From Squalus acanthias (taxonomy: Eukaryota): a stretch of DNA of 64,000 nt. This document shows, in pieces, positions 25,604-38,479 of the stretch. Position numbers and translations under genes: made by a program. Numbering within the stretch: the stretch's first letter is position 1; each line of letters starts with the position of its first letter. Under the pieces are notes generated by a model. That model worked only from the letters and a program-made list of their open reading frames with translations, searched no databases and had not been told where the DNA came from. The stretch lies in assembly GCA_030390025.1 (NCBI GenBank), contig CM059433.1, positions 3,782,001-3,846,000 on the forward strand. The letters run 5' to 3'.

Positions 25604-26445
25604 TTCTTCACTCAGAGGGTTGTGAATCTTTGGAATTCTTTACCCCAGAGGGCTGTGAATGCTCAGTCGTTGAGTATATTCAAGGCTGAGATCGATAGAT
25701 TTTTGGACTCCAGGGGAATCAAGGGATATGGAGATCGGGCGGGAAAGTGGAGTTGAGGTCGATGATCAGCCATGATCTTATTGAATGGCGGAGCAGGCTC
25801 GAGGGGCCGTGTGGCGGAGCAGGCTCGAGGGGCCGTGTGGCGGAGCAGGCTCGAGGGGCCGTGTGGCGGAGCAGGCTCGAGGGGCCGTATGGCGGAGCAG
25901 GCTCGAGGGGCCGTGTGGCGGAGCAGGCTCGAGGGGCCGTGTGGCGGAGCAGGCTCGAGGGGCCATGTGGCGGAGCAGGCTCGAGGGGCCGTGTGGCGGA
26001 GCAGGCTCGAGGGGCCGTGTGGCGGAGCAGGTTCGAGGGGCCGTACGGCGGAGCAGGCTCGAGGGGCCATGTGGCGGAGCAGGCTCGAGGGGCCGTGTGG
26101 CGGAGCAGGCTCGAGGGGCCATGTGGCGGAGCAGGCTCGAGGGGCCGTATGGCGGAGCAGGCTCGAGGGGCCGTGTGGCGGAGCAGGCTCGAGGGGCCAT
26201 GTGGCGGAGCAGGCTCGAGGGGCCGTGTGGCGGAGCAGGCTCGAGGGGCCGTATGGCGGAGCAGGCTCGAGGGGCCGTGTGGCGGAGCAGGCTCGAGGGG
26301 CCGTGTAGCGGAGCAGGCTCGAGGGGCCGTGTGGCGGAGCAGGCTCGAGGGGCCGTACGGCGGAGCAGGCTCGAGGGGCCGTACGGCGGAGCAGGCTCGA
26401 GGGGCCGTATGGCCGACTCCTGCTCCTATTTCTTATGTTTATATG
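25604..26445 (+). mobile_element. CR1 3' end with tandemly amplified 3'-UTR motif
   Basis: ttcttcactcagagggttgtgaatc...gatcagccatgatcttattgaa, then the array, then ggccgactcctgctcctatttcttatg. Confidence 0.9.
25786..26410 (+). repeat. 26-bp minisatellite, ~24 copies, derived from the CR1 3' UTR
   Basis: Unit tggcggagcaggctcgaggggccgtg; it occurs once in the other CR1 tails (e.g. 61576-61601). Confidence 0.96.
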
Positions 26446-28409
26446 CTCTTAGTAGGTACCCTGTAATATAAATCAAGGTCAATGTGATCTCCTGAACTAG
26501 TTTTGATCGCCTAAAGGGGGTCGGAGAAGAATTTTCCTGAGTTTTTTCCCTTGTTTTTCGCCCGTGCCAGGAGATCACTTGGCTCCAGGTGGGTAGGGAG
26601 CACAAGGCATCACAACTATATGGTATGGGACAGGCTGAATGGACCAACGGGTCTTTTCCTGTCCGTTATTTTCGTATGTTCGTTGTGCTGAAAGCAAAGC
26701 ATAGATTGTAAATGAACAGAAGAGAAGAAAAATGGTAGGATGTGGGAAAAAAATGAAGAGGTCTGAGCCCAGAGCTGCAGATTGGAAAAGAGTAAATAAA
26801 AGATAACCGCAAGGGAGCATGACAACTAGTGAAGTGTGAAATGGAAACTGGGGGGGCGGGGGGGGGCGGCTAGTGAATGTAAACGAACAAAAAAAAAATC
26901 TAATGGGCAGCAGGTATTGACAAAGTATGCGATCAGTTGCTGAGAACACAAAGCCAGACGAGGATAATCGCAAGGTTACTGCAAGTTTAGCCTGAAGATG
27001 TAAAGAGGTGACATGAAAGGCAGTGCAAGAGCAACAGATTACCTTACAAAGCATACAAGGCTCACTGAGAGGAGCTGGGGCTGGATTGGTGGCACACACA
27101 ATAAAAGGTAGCAAGTGGCATAACCAGCATTAGGAGCAAAACAAAGAATGCAACGTGAAGCCAGGATCAAAACTGAGTAGTGGAGAGTTGGCAGGCAGTC
27201 AGTCAGAGATATAGGGGTCAGAGAGAAATTAGGCAAGGTATCCCAGGCAGATTTGTAAGCTGGCAGAGAAACAGGACTCATAAGAGATAGAGATGGGAAG
27301 TACAGCAAAATAAACCATGGCTGGGTTAAGACTTGGAAGGGAACTGGAACAGCTATGGGAAAAGGGGAAAAACACTATGTCATAGCTAAAGGAAAGAGAA
27401 GTCAATATGAATATAGAGGTGAGGATAAAGGGTCAGTATTTGGGCCACTAATTCCTTAAGTATACCCAGGGCAGATATATAGCGATTTATTTTTTGGAAT
27501 GGTGACCGTGGTTTTCATGTGTTTATTTGATGGAAACAGTTTATTAGCTAGTGTTAATGTATAATATATCAGGTTAATTTATTCAAAGGAGAATTGAGAG
27601 GATTATTCAAATGAAGAGCATGATTGAGGGGAAGTAATTGACTTCAAAATTAACTTTTTCAATTTGCAACTAAGGAGGTTATTGTTCAACAGTTGTGAAT
27701 TACGAGAGGATGTGCATGTTGCCAACAACTTTTATAAGTGAGTACTTTATTGATGGGATGATCCGAAAGGAATAAATTTGTTGCAGAAGATTAACTCAGA
27801 TCCATTAAAAATGAGAACACTCTGAGGACTTAATTTAGGGGGAAATTTAGGAATCTTATAAATATTATTGACAGAGACATTTGTCTATTTTATTAAGTTG
27901 ATCAAGCTGAATTAGTTCCTACGGGAGGATGTCGCTGACTAACTAATTGGCAGGAGAGATTTCATTTTGTTGTTAATTTCAGAACTCACTTCGTTCAACC
28001 CAGAAGGAATGGGTAATTAAGTTCAGGAGCTGACTTGTAGGGGGTGAAAGGATTAAATAGCTAAGCCAAGTTGGTTGGTGAGCAACAGAGGTAGACTGGG
28101 AGTAAGCTAAAGTCCCGGGTGGGCATGAAAGCCGGGTATCAGGCAAGCACTAAAGTATGGTAGGTGCCATGTAAGCACAGAAGCCAGGTAGTGGGAAAGC
28201 ACATGGCACCATAGTGCCAAGTGAACATCAGGAATGTATGAGAAAGCACAATGGTGCCAGGAGTTCTGTGGGTGCAGAAACTGATCAATGCCCAAGGTAA
28301 TGAAAGGTTTCAGGAGGGCACCAGGCAAAGGGAATGTGAGTCCCATATGGACAACAATAAAAGAGTCAGCTTCATTGTGTGCTGAAGCATAGTAGAGAGA
28401 AAAAAAAAA

Positions 28410-28842
28410 GGTTTGCATTTATATACTGCCTTTCACAACCTCAGAACATCCCAATATGCTTTGCAGCTATTAAGTACTGTTGTAATGTAGGAAATGCAGC
28501 AGTCAATTTGCGCACAGCAAGGTTCCACAATGCAATAATGCCCAGAAAATCTGTCATTTCAGGTGTTGGTTGAGGGATGAATATTGGCCAGGAACTGGGA
28601 GAACTCTCCTGCTCTTCTTCAAATAGTGCTGTGGGATCTTTCATGTCCACCTGAGAGGGTAAACAGGGTCTTGATTTAATGCCTCATCTGAAAGATGGCA
28701 CCTCTGACAGAGCAGCACTCCCTCAGCACTGCGTTGGAGTGTCAGCCTAGATTTTTGTGCTCAAGTCTCTGGACTGGAACTTGAACCCACAACCTTCTGA
28801 CTCAAGAGGCGAGAGAGCGTGCTGCCCACTGAGCCACGGCTA
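28410..28842 (-). mobile_element. Deu-domain SINE
   Basis: Homologous to 8841-9255 (catctgaaagatggcacctctgacag..ccttctgactc..cccactgagccacggct). Confidence 0.8.
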
Positions 28843-28910
28843 ACAGCTTAATAGTAAGCTACAAGTAAAGACCAACATGTACTGATCTATGGTAGTAGCA
28901 AAATTATAAT

Positions 28911-30673
28911 GGGCTGGATTTTACGAACTTCGGCGGGTCTGTGGCGGGCGACGTCGGTGGCGGGTCCCAGCCCCACTGCCGGCTCCAGCCCGCTGTGTAG
29001 AATGAATTTCTCTTGATTGGGCTTGTTAATCCTGCCCAGCGAGTTTCCCGGCCAATTAGAGGAAGCGGGTCTGGTGACGTCATTTGATGATGCGTCATCA
29101 GCCGGTTTCCTTAAAGGGACCATGGCCAACATTAATTTGACATTTGTGCTGTCGGTGTTCTACAGCATTGAGGAGTTGCAAGCACTGACAATCACTGCAC
29201 AAAGGTGCACGGCTGAACCCAGGCTCTCCCTTGGCTCCCTCCATATGCTTATGGAGGGAGTCACAGCACGCAGGGAGGTCCTCTTCCCTTCCAATCGGCG
29301 GAAGAGACCTCCCTAGGAGATCAACACAGCCTGGTTGCACATTGTACAGGAGGGCACAAGCAGGGGTGTGGTCAGGAGGACCAGGCTGCAGTGGCGTAAG
29401 CCTTTCAATGATCTCAGTAGATCACGAAACGTTACTGCAAAGCCACACTCAACCTCATCATACTGTGCCTCTCATGACATCCCCATCACTCTGCCTTCCC
29501 TACCCTACTCCTGCACATCCTTACTCACACCAACTTACCTTGCACCTCCACCCATCCCTCTCTATCTACATTATCACATCCCCATCTCACTAGCCACCCC
29601 TCACAATCACCCTCATCCTAGTCCAATCATTCCAACTAACAACACACAAGAGTAGCCACTTGGGGTGTTTTATCCAATGTTCATGGAAAGTTTCTGTTCT
29701 TGGACAGATTTGTGCGCACCTTTGGAACTGGCTTAGTGAGTTGCAATGAATGGTGAGACATAACGGTACCCCCCACAATGGTGATGAGTGTGAAAGGAAT
29801 GGCTTGGGCATTGTAGGGACGCTTTTATGCTGTTGGTGTGGGCGTGGTGCCAACCTGGCGCATCATGTGGCAGCCAGGGTGTACAGCGTAAAGTGAAGTA
29901 AATCTGGCCATGGTGAGGCCATCCCTGGCCTCCCAGGCAACAATGTGGTCGGGTGCTGATGCCCTGTGTCCTGTGCAACACCAGGTGATTGCGGAGAAGG
30001 TTGGTGTTGTTGGTGCTGCTGGTGTGCCTGGTGATGTTGGTGTGCCTGGTGATGTTGGTGTGCCTGGTGATGCTGGTGTTGGGGCTGATTGTGGTGGGAT
30101 TCTGAGGACCAAGGTGAGAGAGTTTCAAGGGCACCCATGCTGATGGAATAGATGGTAGGTGAAGTAGAGATGACAGAAGCGATCTGTCAATGGTGGGAGA
30201 GGTAATGAGGTCAGACTGGATGGAGACTTGTGTAAAGACTTGCAGCATCCTGAATCTGAAGTGGAAATGCAGTTTAGAGAAGCTAGTGGTTAAGGAAACA
30301 TTTCTCAATCAGCTGGGAGTTTTGACTTGATATTTGAAGCTGTCAACTCATCAGCTGATTCAATGGCCAATTACCTCCCGCCTCAGCTTCACAGACGAGG
30401 TCTAGGCACAGCGGGAAACCGGTGGGCAGTCTGTCAAATCCAAAAAGCTGGGAAAAAGCCATTGATAAGTGGCTGTAAACAGGCCAATAATGATTTTAAT
30501 TGCCTCCCCCGCCGCTGCGTGTCGGGTCTGCTCAGCGCTAGCTGACCTGACATTTAGTGAAGGCGTGTGGCAACGGGTTCACAGAGGAGTCCCGACCCAC
30601 TGGGGGAAAAAGGACACTTTCCCACCCGACCCGCCACCGATCGCTCCCGCTGACCCCCCGCAAAATCCAGCCC
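28911..30673. mobile_element. Internally deleted two-gene Harbinger with Myb/SANT remnant (+) and transposase N-terminal remnant (-)
   Basis: Perfect 12-bp TIRs GGGCTGGATTTT/AAAATCCAGCCC; flanks aat/tat. Myb/SANT-like PRLS..SLHMLMEGVTARREVLFP..AWLHIVQE..RRTRLQWRKPFNDL at ~29215-29420. Confidence 0.82.
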
Positions 30674-31744
30674 TATATGTCCCGTGCCATCTATTGTGCC
30701 AACAGCCACTAAGGAGTGTAATTGAGTTTTATGAGAAGTAGGTTCAGGGCCAAGGGGTCTCAAACAAAGTGTGGGGCTAGTACCATTCAGAAGGCAGGCA
30801 AGTGAGAATCGCATTCTGTGTTATGTTGGGTATGGCATCAGAACAGGTAGGACTGCAGGGCTGAGTGACACATATGAGGCTGTCAGTGACATTGCAGCCA
30901 GATACACTCAAGGTCCTAACTCAACAGATAATTAGGAGATAAGAACATGCCCAGTTACATCTTACCAGATCTGTAACTAGTGAGTGGATTACTTTATGTA
31001 CAATTCTCAGAAGGGTTAGCAAGTAGAATTGTTTATGTTGTGTAATTAAACATGGATTGCGACCAAACGTATTCAGATTTGAAGTGAGAAAATAAATTGT
31101 ACAACACGCAGTTGGTGTGATTTTTGTCCCCATGTTTGGGTGGTAACAGGGCGCTTGCGCGCCAAAAATAGCTGTAATGACCACTCCGTTCTCACTGACG
31201 ACTGGCTCGCAGAGATTCTGGAGTGAGCCGGAATACAGGTGAGTATCACTCCCGCCCGAAACTGGCAGGACCCTACTTAGTTATGCAAATATGGGTCCTA
31301 CGCTGGTTGTAGGGCCCCGAGGCAATTACCAGGCGCCAATTGGCAGATCGTGCAGCAGGGAGGCTTCATCCATTGGTACCAGGCAAAGAGCAGCCTAACC
31401 AACCGTGCTTAAAGGGACCACTGCAGACTGCTCCTAAACCAGGTCAATCGTCAACGTTTCTAAGGAGATTTGATGGGGCAGGAGGAGGATGAATGAAGCT
31501 TCCCCCCCGCTGCCATACCATCCACACACCCCTATAATGGCCTAACCACTCCCCCACCCCACCCCCAAACCCATCATTGCCTCCTCCCCTTCTAACGACC
31601 AATTGCTGGCTTGGCTTCATGGAGGAGCCCCTGGATTTCTCCAATCCTCCCCACCCCACCTTCCACCCCACCCCCCATACCAATTCGGGGAGCTGCCTAT
31701 GAGCACTGGTTCAGTGCTCGCAACTCGCTGGCATTACAAAAACA

Positions 31745-32402
31745 GCAACAACAACTTGTATTTATATAGCGCCTTTAACGTAGTAAAACGTCCCAAGGCG
31801 CTGCACAGGAGTATTTTAAGACAAAAAATTTGACACCGATCCACATAAGGATAAATTAGGGCAGGTGACCAAAAGCTTGGTCAAAGAGGTAGGTTATAAG
31901 GAGCGTCTTAAAGGAGGAGAGAGAGGTAGCGAGGAGGAGAGGTTTAGGCAGGGAATTCCAGAGCTTAGGGCCCAGGCAACAGAAGGCACGGTCACCAATG
32001 GTTGAGTGATTATAATCAGGGATGCTCAAGAGGGCAGAATTAGAGGAGCGCAGATATCTCGGGGGGTTGTGGGGCTGAAGGAGATTACAGAGATAGGGAG
32101 GGGGCGAGGCCATGGAGGGATTTGAAAACAAGTGTAAGAATTTTGAAATCGAGGTGTTGCTTAACCGGGAGCCAATGTAGGTCAGCGAGCACAGGGATGA
32201 TGGGCAACGGGACTTGGGTGAGTTAGGACACGGGCAGTCGAGTTTTGGATGAACTCAAGTTTACGTAGGGTGGAATGTGGGAGGCCAGCCAGGAGTGCGT
32301 TGGAATAGTCAAGTCTAGCGGTAACAAAGGCATGGATGAGGGTTTCAGCAGCGGATGAGCTGAGGCAAGGGCGGAGACGGACGACGTTACGCAGGTGGAA
32401 GA
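31745..32402 (-). mobile_element. L2-clade LINE 3' fragment
   Basis: FHLRNVVRLRPCLSSSAAETLIHAFVTARLDYSNALL; same tail as the 10.6 and 21.2 kb copies. Confidence 0.9.
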
Positions 32403-33384
32403 CAATTAGAGAAATAAGGCTCGACCATGAAAATGGTTCAGGCCTCATGCTGGCACCGTCGGACTGGCGGCACGATCGGCCACTCAACGTGTAGCAAACC
32501 CGAAAATCAACCCCACTGTCTCCGAGCATGGGTAGATATTTTTTATAATGAATCCTATTTGCCACACAGTCTGAAACCTGCAGTGAAAGATCATCCTGTT
32601 TGGCAGACGCCCAAAAAAAGGTTGCTACCAAACATCAGATGATAAATAGACAAACAGAGAGAACAAAATGAACGACAAAAAAGTCATTATATGCCAGAGG
32701 ATTTTCCTCTTAATGTTGCTCATCCCATTTCCGTGCTTTTAATTCACATCAATTAGGAGCAGAGGGAAGGACAGATAGTTTAGCAATAACAAGAAATACA
32801 GATTCAGAGAGAAGGACTGGAGAAGATAACTATAGAAATTCTGTGCTATCACCTTTTTATTGTATTATAAATTGCCATGGCGCTCTTAGTCAATCAAGAT
32901 GTCCGGTTGCCAATCTCAAATGACACACTGTAAACAACTGAGATATGTCCAGAACGTGCACCACTAAGCAGAGGGTGCTGCCATGGCAACTGTCATGCAT
33001 CGTATTTTAAGCACTTTGGATTTAACCGTTTTTTTGTTCCACTAGCAGTTCGGCTTTCATTTGTTAAGTGTAAGTTGCGCTGTAGATTGGTACTGCATCG
33101 AGATAGGATAAAAATAAACTCAGAAGCACCGTTAAGACTGTCTGTCCAGATGTTGCTGTAGAGAACGGGCTGGGCTCAGTCAGACATACATGGAGTCGAT
33201 CGCTGTGTAATGTGCATTGCCTAAAACGTTTTGGTTTCTTACCTCTGTTGACTAGTAGTTTTACCCGTCAAATTCAGAACAGTTTAACTCCTCTTTATTT
33301 CAGCATTTGAGCAAATGTGAACCAAAGGAATCAGTTACAAAAACATAAACTTATTTATTTTATGAGCTCACACAACAATAAGTA

Positions 33385-33512
33385 ATGATGCGGAGATGCC
33401 GGTGTTGGACTAGGGTGGACAAAAATGAGAAGTCACACAACACCAGGTTATAGTCCAACAGATTTATTTAAAATTACAAGCTTTCGGAGCTGTTGCCCCT
33501 TCGTCAGGTAGA
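33385..33512 (-). mobile_element. Penelope-like element pseudo-LTR remnant
   Basis: Minus strand ctgacgaaggggcaacagctccgaaagcttg..aaataaatctgttggactataacctggtgttgtgtga..gtccaccctagtccaacaccggcatctcc, an elasmobranch PLE-type terminus with a hammerhead motif and AATAAA. Confidence 0.75.
33475..33510 (-). ncRNA. Minimal type I hammerhead ribozyme motif
   Basis: UAC-CUGACGA-A-GGGGC-AACA-GCUCC-GAAA-GC-UU|GUA. Conserved core boxes, 5-bp stem II, palindromic AAGCUU stem III, 3-bp stem I. Confidence 0.7.
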
Positions 33513-34255
33513 GTTACAATGAGGGAATCTACAATATTTCACAGTATATAAACACCGAAAGCAATTTGTCTGCAGAGATACAATCTTTCAGGGAGGCCTT
33601 ACATCAAAGGCACACCAGAGCACAGCCAAGACAATGAGATGGGTTACAGGGGGTCCAACGTGTCAAATCCTGCTGTCTGCAGTTGAGCTTTTAACTTTTT
33701 TTTGGTGAGTGTTTTTCTTTTAAAAACTTGAAAGACAGACAACGATGTCGAGTCACGTAAGTAAGTAATGGTCATACTAGGACCAGCTAGCCTTCGCAAT
33801 ATGCCCTTGTGCACGTGTTTCTAGAACGTAATGCTGAGGATAAAGGGGGCAGAACGCCCATTGTGACTGGACTCCTCCTCATTTAAGCTTCATGTGCACT
33901 TCCGGTGTCAAGGAGGAGGTGAGGTAGCCTAGCCGCCCAAGGTGTGTATGGCAGCATTCTGAGCATTCAGGAGAGCTGCAAAGACTGCACAGTTGCAGCA
34001 CTAGACCGCAGGGAGGAAGGAGGGAAGGATGGGGAGATTGGGGGGCGGGGTGAAGCGGGGCCGGAAGAGCATCGGAGGGGGGGGTGCGGGGTGTGTTCGG
34101 CAGCCGGAGGACGATTGGGACTGCAGGGAGGAGGGCCGGAAGGCGATTGGGACAGAAGGGGGAGGTCGGAGGCAGGGAATGCAATGGGAGGCCTCGGGTG
34201 CGGGGGGTGTGGGGGAGCTCGGGGGGAAGATCGGTAGCCTCATGGCGGGGGAGGT

Positions 34256-36659
34256 CATAAGAACATAAGAATTAGGAGCAAGAGTCGGCCATTTGGCCCC
34301 TCGAGCCTGCTCCGCCATTCAATAAGATCATGGCTGATCTTCGACCTCAACTCCACTTTCCCGCCCGATCTCCATATCCCTTGATTCCCCTAGAGTCCAA
34401 AAATCTATCGATCTCAGCCTTGAATATACTCAAAGACTCAGCATCCACAGCCCTCTGGGGCAGAGAATTCCAAAGAAAATCCTTCTCATCTCAGTCTTAA
34501 ATGGCCAACTCCTTATCCTGAAACTATGCCCCTAGTTCTAGACTCTCCAGCCAGGGGAAACAATCTCTTAGCGTCTATCCTGTCAATCCCCCTCAGAATC
34601 TTTTATGTTTCAATGCGATCACCTCTCGTTCTTCTAAACTCCAGAGAGTACAGGCCCAATCTACTCAATCTCTCCTCATAGGACAACCCTCTCATCCCAA
34701 GAACCAGTCTGGTGAACCTTCGTTGCACCACCTCCAACACAAGTATATTCTTCCTCAGATAAGGAGACCAAAACTGTGCACAGTACTCCAGGTGTGGTCT
34801 CACCAAAGCCATCTACAATTGTAGTAAGACTTCCTTACTCTTGGACTCCAACCCTCTTGCAATAAATGCCAACATGCTGTTTGCCTTCCTAATTGCTTGC
34901 TGTCCCTGCATGCTAGCTTTTTGGGTTAGAAATTCATTATAGCCCAGGAATGGGCGGCATAATTAGAAAAGTTGGAAAATTAATGACAAGGAGCTAATGC
35001 TTTAGACTGCACGCAAAATTCATGCTCACTGCACAAAGAAATGATTCAAAGGGTGGACCAATATCAGGTGCAGTCTAATCGTAAGTCATGATTGCCACAG
35101 GCTTATTTTCAGTTCTTAAAGGGGAGGTTCATTGATGCTGCAGAACCTCATTCTCAGCATTGCTGGCTGTGCAGCTGCCTCAGCAAGCAGCAGCAGGACA
35201 AGAAGAAGGGGCCGGAGAGCTGAATGGCAGATCCATGCCCCAGGGAGAGAGCCCGCAGATTCTGCGATCAAGCATTAGAGGCATGTTGAAGAAGATGGCG
35301 TAACACGTCTCCTACTGTAGAGAGCCGCTGTAAACACCCAGATGCAGCGATGGATGGCGAACTGCAAGATGGTAGCTATGTCTCTTGTTGCAGACTGGAA
35401 GGATCAGCTGGTGAAGAAATTGAGGGCGACGGTGACCTTGACTGCCACTGGGAGAGCCGTGGTCACTCTGAGCTGAGGCTCCAAGTCTGGTTGCAGGAGG
35501 TGGCAGAGTGCTGTGACCACCTCCTTGGTGAAGCGAAGCCTTCTAATAATTGGAGGTAGTAGAAGTGCTCTCGGAATACCCTCGGAGGGTAAGGCCTCCT
35601 GTTGAGAGCCCTAATGGCCCTCCTCCTCCTCCCTCTGGCCACATGTTCCAGTCTTTCTCGCTGCCTCCGCTCCCTCCGCTGTAGATCCTGGAGGGCGAGG
35701 TCAACTGCCAGTACAGCCTCCATTAATGTAACCAAGTGTAGCAGTTTGATTTTTTAAAGAATAATTGTAGCTACTTTTTCAGTTGCCACAACACTCCTGA
35801 TAATAAATAAAGTTGAAATTACGGAATGAGACTGTTGCACTATGTGGAACTGACAAGAAAGCGCTGAAACTCCACTAACCTACAGCTGCAACTCATTACT
35901 GATGATCCCTTTAAATAACGTCCCTGTTGCTTCAACCAGCTCTCCCTGTCGCTGTTTCCTCCAGGCACTAAGGTAGGTGGCGAGAATCAATTTTGCAGAT
36001 CGGGCTGTCAGTGAGCGTTGCACACTCACTGACGTCACGATCGACCTGACGTTGAGGCTCCCGGCGATAGCTGTTACCGGCGGTGCTGTGGGGGGGGGGG
36101 GTGGAATTTGGCGTGTGGTGTTGGATTCGCCTCACCCCGGCGATAATGCTCTAGCACCCGGTTAGCACCATCTGCTGGCGCTAACAGGAGACGCTAAAGT
36201 ACCGAATTTTTCCCCCTCTGTGTTTCCTGTACAAGGACTCCTTAATCCCTCTGAACACCAATATTTAATAGTTTCTCGCCAATTAAAAAATATTCTGCTT
36301 TTCTATTCTTTCTACCAAAGTGAATAACTTCACATTTCCCCACGTTATACTCCATCTGCCACCTTATTGCCCACTCATTAACCTGTCTATATCCCTTTGC
36401 AGGCTCTTTGTATCCTCCTCACAGCTTAATTTCCCACCTAGCTTTGTATCATCAGCAAACTTGGATACATTACACTCGGTCCCTTCATCTAAGTCATTAA
36501 TATAGATTGTAAATAGCTGAGGCCCAAGTACTGATCCTTGCGGCACCCCACTAGTTACAGCCTGCCAACTGGAAAATGACCCGTTTATCCCTACTCTCTG
36601 TTTTCTGTCTGTTAACCAATCCTCTATCCATGATAATATATTACCTCCAACCCCATGAG
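34256..36659 (-). mobile_element. CR1 LINE fragment split by a Harbinger-type insertion
   Basis: Tail cataagaacataagaattaggagc at 34256; [16 protein letters not shown] (34603-34812); [26 protein letters not shown] (36364-36546). Confidence 0.9.
34923..36216. mobile_element. Harbinger deletion derivative inserted in CR1
   Basis: Termini GGGTTAGAAATTC and GAATTTTTCCCCC; flanks ttt/tct. Minus ORF RGRRRRAIRALNRRPYPPRVFREHF matches the transposase N-terminus at 41711-41908. Confidence 0.8.
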
Positions 36660-37488
36660 ATGAGAGGCAGGGACGCTGAATCCAGCAGGTAAGTGCAAAG
36701 GGAAACCCGACCAGCCAGAGTTAAATTTGTAATGGTGGATCACCATGAGGCACGGAGCCTCATTATAATATTGAAATGGGTGACCCGCCTCCTGGGAGAT
36801 GGTTGGCTGCCCACCAACACCCCCCCACTCCCCCTCGTCCCACCTCTGTTAAAACCGGAAGTGGGCGGGTTGGAGACGGGTTGTGGACGGGATTCAGTTT
36901 TTTTTAACTCTTTAACCTCTCTCCGGACCGCAACCCACTCATTTTTTGGGGTTAAAATCCCGCCCCCCCGCCCCCCCAGGCCTCAGTGCTTCTTTTTAAC
37001 GGTTACGGTGAACACCTATTATTTCGGCTCTCTATTGTTGTCAGTGGAGGGCGAGGGGAGAGGGTTGGACAAGGTCCGAGGTTCACTCTCCACGGTCCAG
37101 GACAGGAGAAAGGGGATGATCTCGCAACAAGAGGGTATGGACAACAACTGGAGAAAAAGATGCAACTCGGAGAGTAGCCATTGGCTCATGAAGAACAGCT
37201 GGACAAGTATATGCTGCACAAGAGTTAACGAATACAATAAAAAACATCACATTTACATAAGTAGAGATTACAATAGTATGAATATAGGGTAATGATTGAC
37301 CTGGTAGTCTTGACTGTGAAGGGGCAAGCTAAATGGTCTGAGTACGAAGTTCCCAATTGTCTGTTTTTTTCATGCAAAATCAGCGTTGCTTCTTATTTTG
37401 GCTTCTTCGAGGATGGTTTGACAAGGCTGATGGTCTGTGGTCCAGAAGAGTGGGCAGCGGGTGAGCTGGTCCGCTATCACCTGAAGGA

Positions 37489-37684
37489 TGCCGAATCCCT
37501 CACCATCAACATCCTGAGGGTCACCATTAACCAGAAACTTAACTGGACCAGCCACATAAATACTGTGGCAATGAGAGCAGGTCAGAGGCTGGGTATTCTG
37601 TGGCGAGTGTCTCACCTCCTGACTCCCCAAAGATTTTCCACCATCTACAAGGCACAAGTCAGGAATGTGATGGAATAATCTCCA
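37489..37684 (+). mobile_element. Fragment of the 12-15 kb LINE family
   Basis: AESLTINILRVTINQKLNWTSHINTVA..TIYKAQVRNVME. Confidence 0.85.
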
Positions 37685-37850
37685 CCGGCGCAGGAGATCG
37701 TGGCGGTAGTGTTTAGCGCCGCTGCAAAATGTCTAGTTAATTTCTTGAGCAGCGCAAACATCGCCGCGCCCGGGCACTAGTTGCTTTGCGCCCCATTAGC
37801 GCCCTCTTAAGGCGCTAACGGGAGGCGCAAACCAACTGAATTTTTCCCCC
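37685..37850 (-). mobile_element. Terminal fragment of the MITE family at 49432
   Basis: Reverse complement of 49432-49597 with few substitutions; ends ctgaatttttccccc. Confidence 0.85.
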
Positions 37851-38479
37851 AACAGGTCTTATCTGTGACCACCGCAGTTCAATCTGTGTTCTTGAGGCCG
37901 TTGTGGGTGCCATGTTGGTAAGTGTTACAAATTCAGATCTATTTTGATACCATCTTGAATTCAATGACGTCAGCCACTCCTGTAAGTGATAGGAGCATCT
38001 TACTTCTATGGAAGTTAATTCATGCTGCCCTGCGTCTACTTCCGCGGGAAAGACAATAGTACCCCCTTAGGACTGAACTGGATACCAGGGTATAACAATG
38101 GAACTCCCTTATGAATGAGCTGTATACCAGGGGTATAACAATAGAATATCCTTGTGGCTGAACCAGATTTTGGTGTCTTTTGCACATGAATATCTTAAAG
38201 TTTCTGCAAAGGCAGGCTGAGTAAACATTTAATGAGACATGGCTATGATACGAATCTTTATTTCACAATGAATGAACATAAAAGCAGAGTAAAAGTTATA
38301 ATCAGATTCACTTATTTCAATTAGTACAATTTGTCTTCATGTCCTAATACAAAAATAATGATTTTCCAATGCTCTCCCACAGCAATGGGTCCTCTTGCTT
38401 AACTTAAACTAATTTCTAACTACTCCCAGCATTATCCCTTCTCATAGCCATTTGCTGGGCCTTACTGCTTCACAGTTTG

